This document shows, piece after piece, positions 1-7,143 of a stretch of DNA of 64,000 nucleotides. The stretch comes from Akkermansiaceae bacterium (lineage in GTDB: Bacteria; Verrucomicrobiota; Verrucomicrobiia; Verrucomicrobiales; Akkermansiaceae). The stretch covers positions 5 through 64,004 of the forward strand of contig JAYVNE010000199.1 in the NCBI GenBank assembly GCA_043758615.1. The letters run 5' to 3'. Position 1 is the stretch's first letter; every line of letters begins with the position of its first letter. The notes beneath the pieces were generated by a model that had not been told where the DNA came from, made no database searches, and saw only the letters and a program-made list of their open reading frames with translations. The position numbers were made by a program, and so were the translations under genes.

Positions 1-16
1 CACCGCAGTCGCGTAA

Positions 17-565
17 GTGACATCGACCAGAGCATTTTTGCCAGAGATGCCAAAGCTATGGCAAAAATGCCAGAGGTGCTCTGTTGATCGCTTACTAAGC
101 ATCGCAAAAGCCCGCGGGCTCCTGCTCACCGACCTCCACGTCTGTTATGAAGCCGGTGGCTGCGGCATGTGGATCGCCCGCCAGCTCGCCAAAATCAAAG
201 TCCGCTGCACAGTCGTCGCGCCCTCGCTGATCCCCTCAAAAGCCGGCTGTTAGCCCTGCTCCGCCGCCTCGACCACAACCATGGAGCCAAGACCACCTGG
301 ACCCAGGCACACCTGCGATACGTCCGGGATCTCAAGCTCCCGTTCCCCGCCCACGACATCATCCGCGAAGAACTTCTCCAACAGATAGAACAACTCATCG
401 CCCGCATCGCCCGCATCGAAGGCCACATGGAACTCCTCTGCGCCACCTGGTCCCGCCAACCCCTCGTCGCTGCCATCATGGCCCTCAGAGGGTTCAAACT
501 CATCGCCTCCATGTTAGTCGTTTCCGAAATCGGCGACTTCGTTAGATTCACCCATCCCAGCCGCG
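17..565 (+). pseudogene. IS110-family transposase remnant (internal deletion/frameshift, 3' truncated)
   Basis: The N-part has CYEAGGCGMWIARQL...VVAPSLIPSKAG (DEDD_Tnp_IS110-like). The C-part, in another frame, has RLLALLRR..KTTWTQAHL..LRGFKLIASMLVVSEIGDFVRFTHP (Transposase_20-like). The usual KTDxRDA segment between them is missing (junction ~245), and homology stops at ~565. Confidence 0.85.
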
Positions 566-804
566 TTTTGTTCAACAATTTGGTTCGCTAGGTATTCAGG
601 CGCAAGATCGGCTCCATTCGGCCAGGCAACCGTGCCTCCTTCAAGTCCTGCTGTCGCGAATACTTTGGGATCTTGAAGAGGCTGAAAAATTGGTCCATCG
701 AGTTCCGATGAAAGGTCAATCTCCCCTGCGAAACCGTCATTGAACTCAAGATAGAGCCGGTGATCACCTAGGTGTCGGATGGACTGGATTCTCAAAATAT
801 TCAT
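514..804 (-). CDS. DUF2442-family antitoxin-like protein (integron cassette 3)
   Basis: HRLYLEFNDGFAGEIDL...GPIFQPLQDPKVFATA...GTVAWPNGADLAPEYL pattern; lies directly downstream of the DUF4160 gene. The C-terminus reads through an attC remnant into IS110 sequence. Confidence 0.85.
   Translation of the reverse strand: MNILRIQSIRHLGDHRLYLEFNDGFAGEIDLSSELDGPIFQPLQDPKVFATAGLEGGTVAWPNGADLAPEYLANQIVEQNAAGMGESNEVADFGND
570..576 (-). other. Truncated attC (R''-like GTTGAAC followed by aaaacgcggctggg), cut off by IS110 sequence
   Basis: The minus strand reads GTTGAAC-AAAACGCGGC at the position expected for the attC of cassette 3. The ORF reads through it as EQNAAG; no partner arm is present. Confidence 0.45.
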
Positions 805-808
805 GATG

Positions 809-1066
809 TTACTCTAGTGGTTTGATATGATTTAGAGGCTGTTCGAGTCTAGCCAATCGCCAATCAGCAAGTAAGTCGTCATGGTGGATGTCGGCCCACT
901 CCAAGACGGCTCTCAAGGCGCGCTTCGGAAATTTGCCCTCAACCACGCCACTTTCAATCTCGACGGTTATCTCGTAATCACCGTATTCCGCGTGAAAATG
1001 AGGCGGCGCATAGTCGCGATAGAACATACGGATAATAATTCCAAGAAAGCGGCTAATTTCAGACAT
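809..1066 (-). CDS. DUF4160-family toxin-like protein (integron cassette 3)
   Basis: MSEISRFLGIIIRMFYRDYAPPHFHAEYG...GKFPKRALRAVLEWA..W matches the DUF4160 pattern; paired with DUF2442. Confidence 0.88.
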   Translation of the reverse strand: MSEISRFLGIIIRMFYRDYAPPHFHAEYGDYEITVEIESGVVEGKFPKRALRAVLEWADIHHDDLLADWRLARLEQPLNHIKPLE

Positions 1067-1077
1067 AGTATTTTTCT

Positions 1078-1199
1078 GTCAAAGTGCATACACCGCTACC
1101 TGCGACGGCAAGCGATGAAACGGAGGTAAAACAATGAAACCACGCAAGACTTCGCCGACAGAGGGGCTGGTAGCGGGTGTATGGCACGCCTTGTTAGCC
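1078..1199 (-). other. attC site 2 (degenerate: R' box deleted)
   Basis: Minus strand: GGCTAAC aaggcgtgccatacacccgctacc ... ggtagcggtgtatgcac tTTGACagaaaaat. It is an imperfect hairpin, clearly homologous to attC1 (shared agcccctctgtcggc and gacagaaaaat), but lacks the cgatGTT seen in attC1. Confidence 0.8.
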
Positions 1200-1207
1200 T
1201 TCTGATT

Positions 1208-1501
1208 TTAGCTGGCGTGGAGTGCCTGTAATACCGCCTGTGGCTCTCGATCCACTACTCGGAGTAAAGCCTTCGCAGGCCCTTCAGGCTCACGACGGCC
1301 TTGTTCCCAATTCTGGAGAGTGCGGACACTCACACCGATAATTGATGCAAAGCGGGATTGAGAAAGACCTAAGCGCTCCCGAATCGCCTTGGGATTAGGA
1401 TCCTCAATTACGAATGTTCGCGAAGGCTTACGCACCCCGCGACGAATTTCTCCTGCCTGACGGATGCTCTCACACAGCAAATCAAAATCTTTCTCGTTCA
1501 T
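1208..1501 (-). CDS. HigA-like XRE/HTH antitoxin (integron cassette 2)
   Basis: AIRERLGLSQSRFASIIGVSVRTLQNWEQGRREPEGPAKALL helix-turn-helix; ATGA overlap with the upstream RelE-like gene. Confidence 0.9.
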   Translation of the reverse strand: MNEKDFDLLCESIRQAGEIRRGVRKPSRTFVIEDPNPKAIRERLGLSQSRFASIIGVSVRTLQNWEQGRREPEGPAKALLRVVDREPQAVLQALHAS

Positions 1502-1815
1502 TGTTCTAAATGTTGTTCAACAAGTTCTCTAAGCATCTGTAGGTGGCGCGGACTCAAATCCGATTCCCGATTCTTGGGATACGCGTAAAGCATGAAAATC
1601 TCGTCTTAGCAGACCAGGTAATAAATAACCCGTATGCCGCCGCGCTTGCCGCGCCCGCTCGCCATCCATCGGATCTTACGTAACCCTCTCGTCTTTGGGA
1701 TGAGATCGCCAGCTTCTGGATCGGCGATGAGAACGGCTTGGAGCGTCGAATAGGACTCATCGTCGATAAACTCGACAATTCTGGATGTAAAAACGTCAGT
1801 CTCATAAAAAACCAT
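1498..1815 (-). pseudogene. RelE/HigB-like toxin with in-frame TAA at 1606-1608
   Basis: MVFYETDVF...PEAGDLIPKTRGLRKIRW...GKRGGIRVIYYLVC* continues in the same frame as DEIFMLYAYPKNRESDLS...EQHLEQ* and ends on the antitoxin ATG. Confidence 0.88.
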
Positions 1816-1868
1816 TGGCTTGCGAGGAAGCATACGCCAATGACGCACGGATGCAAAGGGATTTTTCT

Positions 1869-1992
1869 GTCGAACATCGAAGTGATGGCATCCCCACTAG
1901 CGAGAGCCGACTCAGAAACGGGAGGTGAAGGATGAAATCACGCATGACCTTGCCGACAGAGGGGCTAGTGGGGGTTGCCATCCTTGTTAGCC
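1869..1992 (-). other. attC site 1 (integron recombination site, 124 bp)
   Basis: Minus strand: R'' GGCTAAC (RYYYAAC), arm aaggatggcaacccccactagc, arm gctagtggggatgccatcactt, R' GTTCGAC. It starts just after the stop codon of the preceding gene. Confidence 0.88.
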
Positions 1993-1999
1993 TCTTGGA

Positions 2000-2428
2000 T
2001 TACTTTGATGGCGCTTCTTGTAGTTCATTCTGGTAGATAGTAAATGACCTAGTATTGTGTTTAATTTCACCGCCGAGTGATCTTGTATCGATCACTTCTT
2101 CTATCGTATATTGACCGGGAGAATCTTTGATAGAAGTGATAATAAGGGTATGACCTCTCGATTTGAAAGTTGCTTTCAAAAATCCAGCCTTCAGTCGAAT
2201 AACTTCATTATATTCGAGAACTCTAGGCTTTGAATCATCAGTCGAAAAGAGGTAGCGCTGACCCTCATTCTTCATGGTGATTACGAGGTCCTTATCAACT
2301 ACTTCGGTTGTCTTGGAAATCGTTTGGATAATATCTGCGGTTTTTCTTTCCTCAGCGTATGTCAAAGCCATCGTTGAAATAAACAGTATTGTTGAACAGA
2401 AGGTGAGTATATAATTACTAGTTTTCAT
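2000..2428 (-). CDS. Small secreted hypothetical protein, low GC (candidate immunity/inhibitor partner), cassette 1 gene 3
   Basis: Signal-peptide-like MKTSNYILTFCSTILFISTMALTYA; ~38-40% GC in sampled lines; starts 4 bp after the stop of the upstream gene. Confidence 0.7.
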   Translation of the reverse strand: MKTSNYILTFCSTILFISTMALTYAEERKTADIIQTISKTTEVVDKDLVITMKNEGQRYLFSTDDSKPRVLEYNEVIRLKAGFLKATFKSRGHTLIITSIKDSPGQYTIEEVIDTRSLGGEIKHNTRSFTIYQNELQEAPSK

Positions 2429-2432
2429 ATTT

Positions 2433-4817
2433 TTATGGCGTTGGTCCAAATTGATTTTTTGACTGTGAGCCAGGATTGGCCCAGTCTGCGGTTGCATTCA
2501 CAGTTATTCCCGGCATCAGTTCCTTCTTGCGGCAGCGAATCTCATCATCCCCATATGCAGAATATCCACCACCCATGTTGAAAGTGTCCGCATCTGCTGG
2601 ATCACTGTTGACTCCATCGAGCGTAGGTTCGTTCGTATCACCAATTCCATCGCCGTCCCCATCACTTCCACCAGCAAGCAATGTATGGAGGGTGAGATGA
2701 TACAATTCGTGTGCGACCGTTTCGGCAACGCATTGCGTTCCTAGACCTTGTCCAGTTACAGTTAAAGAGCCGTATGTTGCTGCTCCTGTGTAAGTCTCAG
2801 GACCAGTGTTAGTAGTTGGCGCATCTGGCCCTAGTCGAAGGATCGTATCAACGCCAGGCTTTGTGTAGCCGAAACTTGCACTTGCATCATATTCAGCACT
2901 GGCAGGAATTCCACACACTCCACCTTCACGCCAATAGAAAAACCAGTTCGGTGTAGTCCCAGCTCCAACTCCCGGGTGATTCTTCTCATCTTTAGGGAAG
3001 AATACCTCGAAATCTCCCTTCGCCAGCGTGTCCGTGTGACCGTCGCACTCGAACTCGGCCTGTTTCAGGCCGAAGTCGGTGTTGGCTGCGGGCAGGTTCG
3101 TGTAGGTCGCCTTTGCGGTTAAATGCTCGCCCGAGGTGGCGGACTTGCCGCCAGTATTGGCGGCATCCCATGCGAAGGTTGAGCCGTTGATGGTCGGCAG
3201 CTTGTAAAAGCAACGATCCGAGAACTTCACTCCGTCATGCCCGGTGATACCCGCCGTGCCGGTGGGCTTGACCAAGACCTTCATGTCGATTGTCAGCACG
3301 CCTTGGGCTGCGGCACTGTAGGTGAATTCATTCTGACCGTCTCCGGTGTCATCTGGTGCGCTCACTGGGGACGCCTTCGGGGTGATCCACTCGAAGAGCG
3401 GCACGCGAAGCGTGGCGTCCTTGCCTTCGGCAAAGAACTCTTCGCTGTCGCCATTGAATGCCGTGATGATGCCATCGGGATCTTCCAGAACAAGGCAGTC
3501 GGCACCCGTATCGATCTCTAACTGGTAATCATAATCGGGGCTTGGATCACCATCATATTCAGGATCTGTGGCGATCCACTCGAGTGTGACCTTATACTTG
3601 GCTCCCTTGGGCAGTTGGAATGTGTCGGTCTGCGGCTCTCCGTAGTCTCGGTTGGTGCGGAATCGCTCACCATTGCCGCTCGTGTCGCCTTCAAGCGGGG
3701 TGAGCTTCACCCGATATTTTTCGGAGTTGCTGCCGCTGGGATCGCCAAAGGTAACGTTCACCGGAACGGTGCCGTTTGGAGGCGGCTGGCTATCGTTCGG
3801 ATCGTTGGGATTGCTCCCTTGCCCAACCTCGGTGCCATCGTCCACGCCGTCCCCATCGCTATCAGCGTTCTTTGCTTTGGTCTCGTTATCCGCTTCCTGC
3901 GAGTTGTTCAGGCCGTCTCCGTCTGGATCAGCAGTCGCATCATTGGTTGCATCGCCATCAGTGCCATTGTGAATGGTAGGATCAAATCCATTGGCAAGTT
4001 CCCAGCCATCGGGGAGCGTGTCCATGTCTGTATCTGGCTGGCTCGGATCGGTGTTGTGGGTAGTGAGTTCCGCTAGATTAGCGAGGCCATCCAGTTCCCT
4101 GTCTTCCAGCGCGTCGCTGATTCCGTTACTGTTTGAATCCGTAAGCTGCGGATTAAGTCCCAGCTTGAATTCCCACAAATTATTCAGACCGTCGCTGTCT
4201 TGGTCGTCGGTGGCGTCAGCCGCATTCAGTGGGTCGAGCGAATGAATTACCTCAAATCCGTCCTTCATACCGTCCCCGTCAGTGTCGGAATCATAGGGTT
4301 CTGTGGCAGCGTTGTATTCCGCCAAATTCGTCAGGCCGTCGCCGTCGTAATCATAGCCACCTTCATCGAAATTCAGGTCGAAGTAGTAGGTGACTTCGTA
4401 ACCATCCGGCATTCCATCGTTGTCCGTATCGGAATCTAGCGGATCGCTATTGTAATAGCTCACCTCGTCGATATTGCTGATGGAATCTCCATCGAAATCG
4501 TCGTTGTCAGGATTGGTCGTGGGCTGGTCAGTGTATTTGAGGCGGAAAAAACCCTTGTCCGCCGTGCCGTCCACCTCATAGCTGATGTCTTCATCATTGC
4601 CACTCTCGATGATCGGCGCCCATGTCCACCTGTTGAGGTGGTCATTCGGGTCGGAGACCTGAATGAAATAGGTGCGGTCAGCATGACCATACCAACGAAG
4701 GAACTTGTCAGGTCCGACAGTTACCAATTCAGAAGCTTGCTCAATGCCACTGCCTTGCGCCGAAAGCTGAGGAATCGCGCTCAACAGCGAGAAAATCAAA
4801 ATCAGGAAAAATCTCAT
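2433..4817 (-). CDS. Secreted TSP3-like Ca-binding repeat protein with C-terminal HExxH (putative Zn-metallopeptidase) domain, cassette 1 gene 2
   Basis: Signal peptide MRFFLILIFSLLSAIPQLSA; many DxDxDG(L/M)xD/N repeats (DSDTDNDGMPDGYE, DSDTDGDGMKDGFE, DSDGDGVDDGTE); AETVAHELYH at 2697-2711 with downstream GDDE; AGGAGG RBS and ATGA coupling to gene 1. Confidence 0.8.
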   Translation of the reverse strand: MRFFLILIFSLLSAIPQLSAQGSGIEQASELVTVGPDKFLRWYGHADRTYFIQVSDPNDHLNRWTWAPIIESGNDEDISYEVDGTADKGFFRLKYTDQPTTNPDNDDFDGDSISNIDEVSYYNSDPLDSDTDNDGMPDGYEVTYYFDLNFDEGGYDYDGDGLTNLAEYNAATEPYDSDTDGDGMKDGFEVIHSLDPLNAADATDDQDSDGLNNLWEFKLGLNPQLTDSNSNGISDALEDRELDGLANLAELTTHNTDPSQPDTDMDTLPDGWELANGFDPTIHNGTDGDATNDATADPDGDGLNNSQEADNETKAKNADSDGDGVDDGTEVGQGSNPNDPNDSQPPPNGTVPVNVTFGDPSGSNSEKYRVKLTPLEGDTSGNGERFRTNRDYGEPQTDTFQLPKGAKYKVTLEWIATDPEYDGDPSPDYDYQLEIDTGADCLVLEDPDGIITAFNGDSEEFFAEGKDATLRVPLFEWITPKASPVSAPDDTGDGQNEFTYSAAAQGVLTIDMKVLVKPTGTAGITGHDGVKFSDRCFYKLPTINGSTFAWDAANTGGKSATSGEHLTAKATYTNLPAANTDFGLKQAEFECDGHTDTLAKGDFEVFFPKDEKNHPGVGAGTTPNWFFYWREGGVCGIPASAEYDASASFGYTKPGVDTILRLGPDAPTTNTGPETYTGAATYGSLTVTGQGLGTQCVAETVAHELYHLTLHTLLAGGSDGDGDGIGDTNEPTLDGVNSDPADADTFNMGGGYSAYGDDEIRCRKKELMPGITVNATADWANPGSQSKNQFGPTP

Positions 4818-5672
4818 CGTCCGCCCTCCTGTTTGAGATAGCGGCTGCCGCGATGAGGCTTGAGCCAAAACGTATGGTTCTCCGGTTTGGGAGGGTGGGC
4901 GGTGTGCCAGGCGGCAGCAGCCGCCTGATACTCTTCCCTCGCCTTCTGAATCAGGACGAGCCGATCCTTGTGTTTGATGTAGTAGTCGCGAAGCGTGCTG
5001 AGAATGCGGATCGCTTCCGCGTCGTTGGTGTCGCCCTTGGTGATCGCAAAAGCGTTCTCATCAAGCTTAGGATGCTCCGGCATCTCCCATTCCCTTCCAA
5101 AACGCAAACGCCTGTCTGTATCGATGTTGGACGCGAAGAGGTGAAACGAACTGACGTGCTCGCCGATCTTGATCTCGGGAAACGGTAAAAGGAGCGTCCA
5201 GTCCCACGCGCACCACGCCTCGAGGTTCTCCTTGGTTCTCCTTGGTTCGTGGGTCATACCACGTCACATGGCTGAGGCGGTGGTCATAGACAGTCGCACC
5301 GAAGGAAAGCAGATAGTGCGGCTCGCCAATCAGACCTTGCACAAAAGGCTTCGGTTCAGGCGGAGAAGGAATATCCGGCAAGGTCGAAGCATCACTGCGA
5401 ATCACTGTGATCTGATGCGTCGGCAGCTTGCGCGTTGTCGCCGCCTCTACCTTCATCGGCGGCACCTCCTTGGGCGGTGGCGGCGGGATGAAAACCGTGC
5501 TTGGAATCGGAAGCTCCTTCTCGATGTCGGGTTCAGGTTGCGGCCGCTCTTGTGCTTGCAAGGGAAGCCCGCAAAGCAAGGAGAACGCTGCGAATGCGGC
5601 ATGTTTCATTGGCGCGTTAGATACGCCTGAAACGCTCCGCTTACAAGGTGGATGTTGTGTTGATGTCTTCAT
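4814..5672 (-). pseudogene. Pro-rich hypothetical exported protein, frameshifted by a 10-bp tandem duplication (cassette 1 gene 1)
   Basis: ORFs 5067-5672 and 4814-5257 fuse into one 282-aa frame (…DPRTKENLEAWCAW…) when one copy of tctccttggt (5227-5236/5237-5246) is removed. Confidence 0.8.
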
Positions 5673-5678
5673 TTTCTT

Positions 5679-5685
5679 GGCTAAC
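5679..5685 (-). other. attI-like core/crossover site GTTAGCC
   Basis: GTTRRRY consensus between the integrase and the first cassette gene (ATG a few bp downstream); exact complement of the GGCTAAC R'' of attC1. Confidence 0.65.
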
Positions 5686-5753
5686 AGATATTATCGAGGA
5701 AGGAGCGCTGGTGGCGGGAAGCTGAAGACGGGGAAAGGGCGGGGTTCCTGGTA

Positions 5754-6841
5754 TTGTTGGAATGGTTTGAGAATTTCCGTTTGCGCTGCGAACTAGCAGC
5801 TTGCAGGGAAGCGGCGAGGGCGTTCTGGCGTTCTGAAGTTTTGCGTGAGGGTTGTATCCGGGAAGACTGGCAGTTAGAGCAATGGAAGTCTGCCATTCAG
5901 TGGTATTTGAAATGGCTGGCAGCCAGTGCGGAAGTAGGAGCAGATCACCGAAGTCTGGCAGAGCGGGTGCGGGCGGCCGTGTCCTCGGCGGGGAACGGGA
6001 GGCGATGCAGGTGGAGACGGCGACGAGGTTTTTGACCTCGGTGGTGGAAGATGAAGACTGTGCCTATTCAACGCAAAAGCAGGCACTGAATGCGGTGGCG
6101 TTCTTTTTCAAGTATGTGCGTGGGATCGAGGAGCCGGTATTTCAGGTAAAGTTGCGGAAAACGGGCACGCGAGTGCCAGTGGTGCTCTCGAAGGCGGAGA
6201 CGCAACGGCTTTTCGAGAAGCTGGAAGCGCCGGGCGGGCGACACAAGCTGGCGGCGATGCTCCAATATGGCGCGGGCTTGCGGCTTACGGAGTTGATGCG
6301 GCTGCGGATCAAGGGTGTGGATCTGGAGCGTGGGACAGTCACGGTGCGGGGCGGAAAGGGCGATAAAGATCGCATGACGGTGCTGCCGAAGAGCCTGCGA
6401 GAAGAACTGGCAAAACAGGTGGAGCGGGCGCGAGAGCAATGGCAGAGGGATCGCGACGCAGGGCTGGCGGGAGTGTGGCTGCCGGGAGCTTTGGCACGCA
6501 AGTTCAGCAGGGCGGCAAAGAATTTCGAGTGGTTTTGGTTGTTTCCGGCACGGCAGGTTTCGGTGGACCCTGAGTGTGGGCTTGCACGGCGTCATCATTT
6601 GCACGGCAAGGTTTACAACGAGGCGATCAAGCGCGCTGCGGCAACGGCGGGGATCGAGAAGCGGGCGACGAGTCATGCTCTCAGGCATTCCTTTGCCACG
6701 CATTTACTGGAAGGCGGCGCGGACTTGCGGACGATCCAAGAGCTGCTAGGGCACGAAGACATTACCACGACGGAAATCTATCTGCATGTGGCAACGGGGG
6801 AGAATGGATTGGGAGTGGTGAGCCCGCTGGATAGGGGTTGA
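5754..6841 (+). pseudogene. intI: Integron integrase (IntI-type tyrosine recombinase), frameshifted by internal deletion near 5990
   Basis: Catalytic set GAGLR / GGKGDKDR / HALRHSFATHLL / LGH / TTEIY is intact. The IntI-specific insertion WFWLFPARQVSVDPECGLARRHHLH is present, as is STQKQALNAV. The N-terminal part (LEWFENFRL…RVRAAVSSAG) is in a different frame, and the SAM-like helix expected between the two parts is absent. Confidence 0.88.
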
Positions 6842-6882
6842 AGAGGGGTTGAAGAGTTGAGAGTTAGAAGTTAGTAGTTGGG
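6841..6882 (+). repeat. Degenerate heptamer tandem repeat (gttgaaga gttgaga gttagaa gttagta)
   Basis: Read directly from the sequence downstream of intI. Confidence 0.6.
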
Positions 6883-6979
6883 AGCTGGAAAGCCTTGCGG
6901 CAGTCAGGCTCTGCCGGTGGGGAGGGGGCGAGGGGACTTCGGTTTCCGGTGAGGTTTCATCCGTCCTGTATCGACGCGG

Positions 6980-7028
6980 TCTTCGGCGAGGGCGCCGAGG
7001 ACGACACGCGAGGGCGCGTGTGCTCCCC
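6980..7028. repeat. REP-like double hairpin (tcttcggcgagggcgccgagga…cacgcgagggcgcgtg)
   Basis: Two adjacent GC-rich palindromes with aggg loops, in the intergenic space between convergent genes. Confidence 0.55.
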
Positions 7029-7143
7029 TTTAAAAGACCGCGCCGCGCGGGAATTCACAAACTACGCTGCGCGCGCGTCGGCACCAAAAAACGATTAGAT
7101 CGTTCAAAATAGCCGTTTACTTGCTTGAGCGTGACGGATCTTT

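Noticed and set aside
5852-6004. ORF-track N-terminus of the integrase (MYPGRLAV…)
   Set aside because: This is an off-frame translation; the integrase-like N-terminal sequence is in the 5754-6035 frame.
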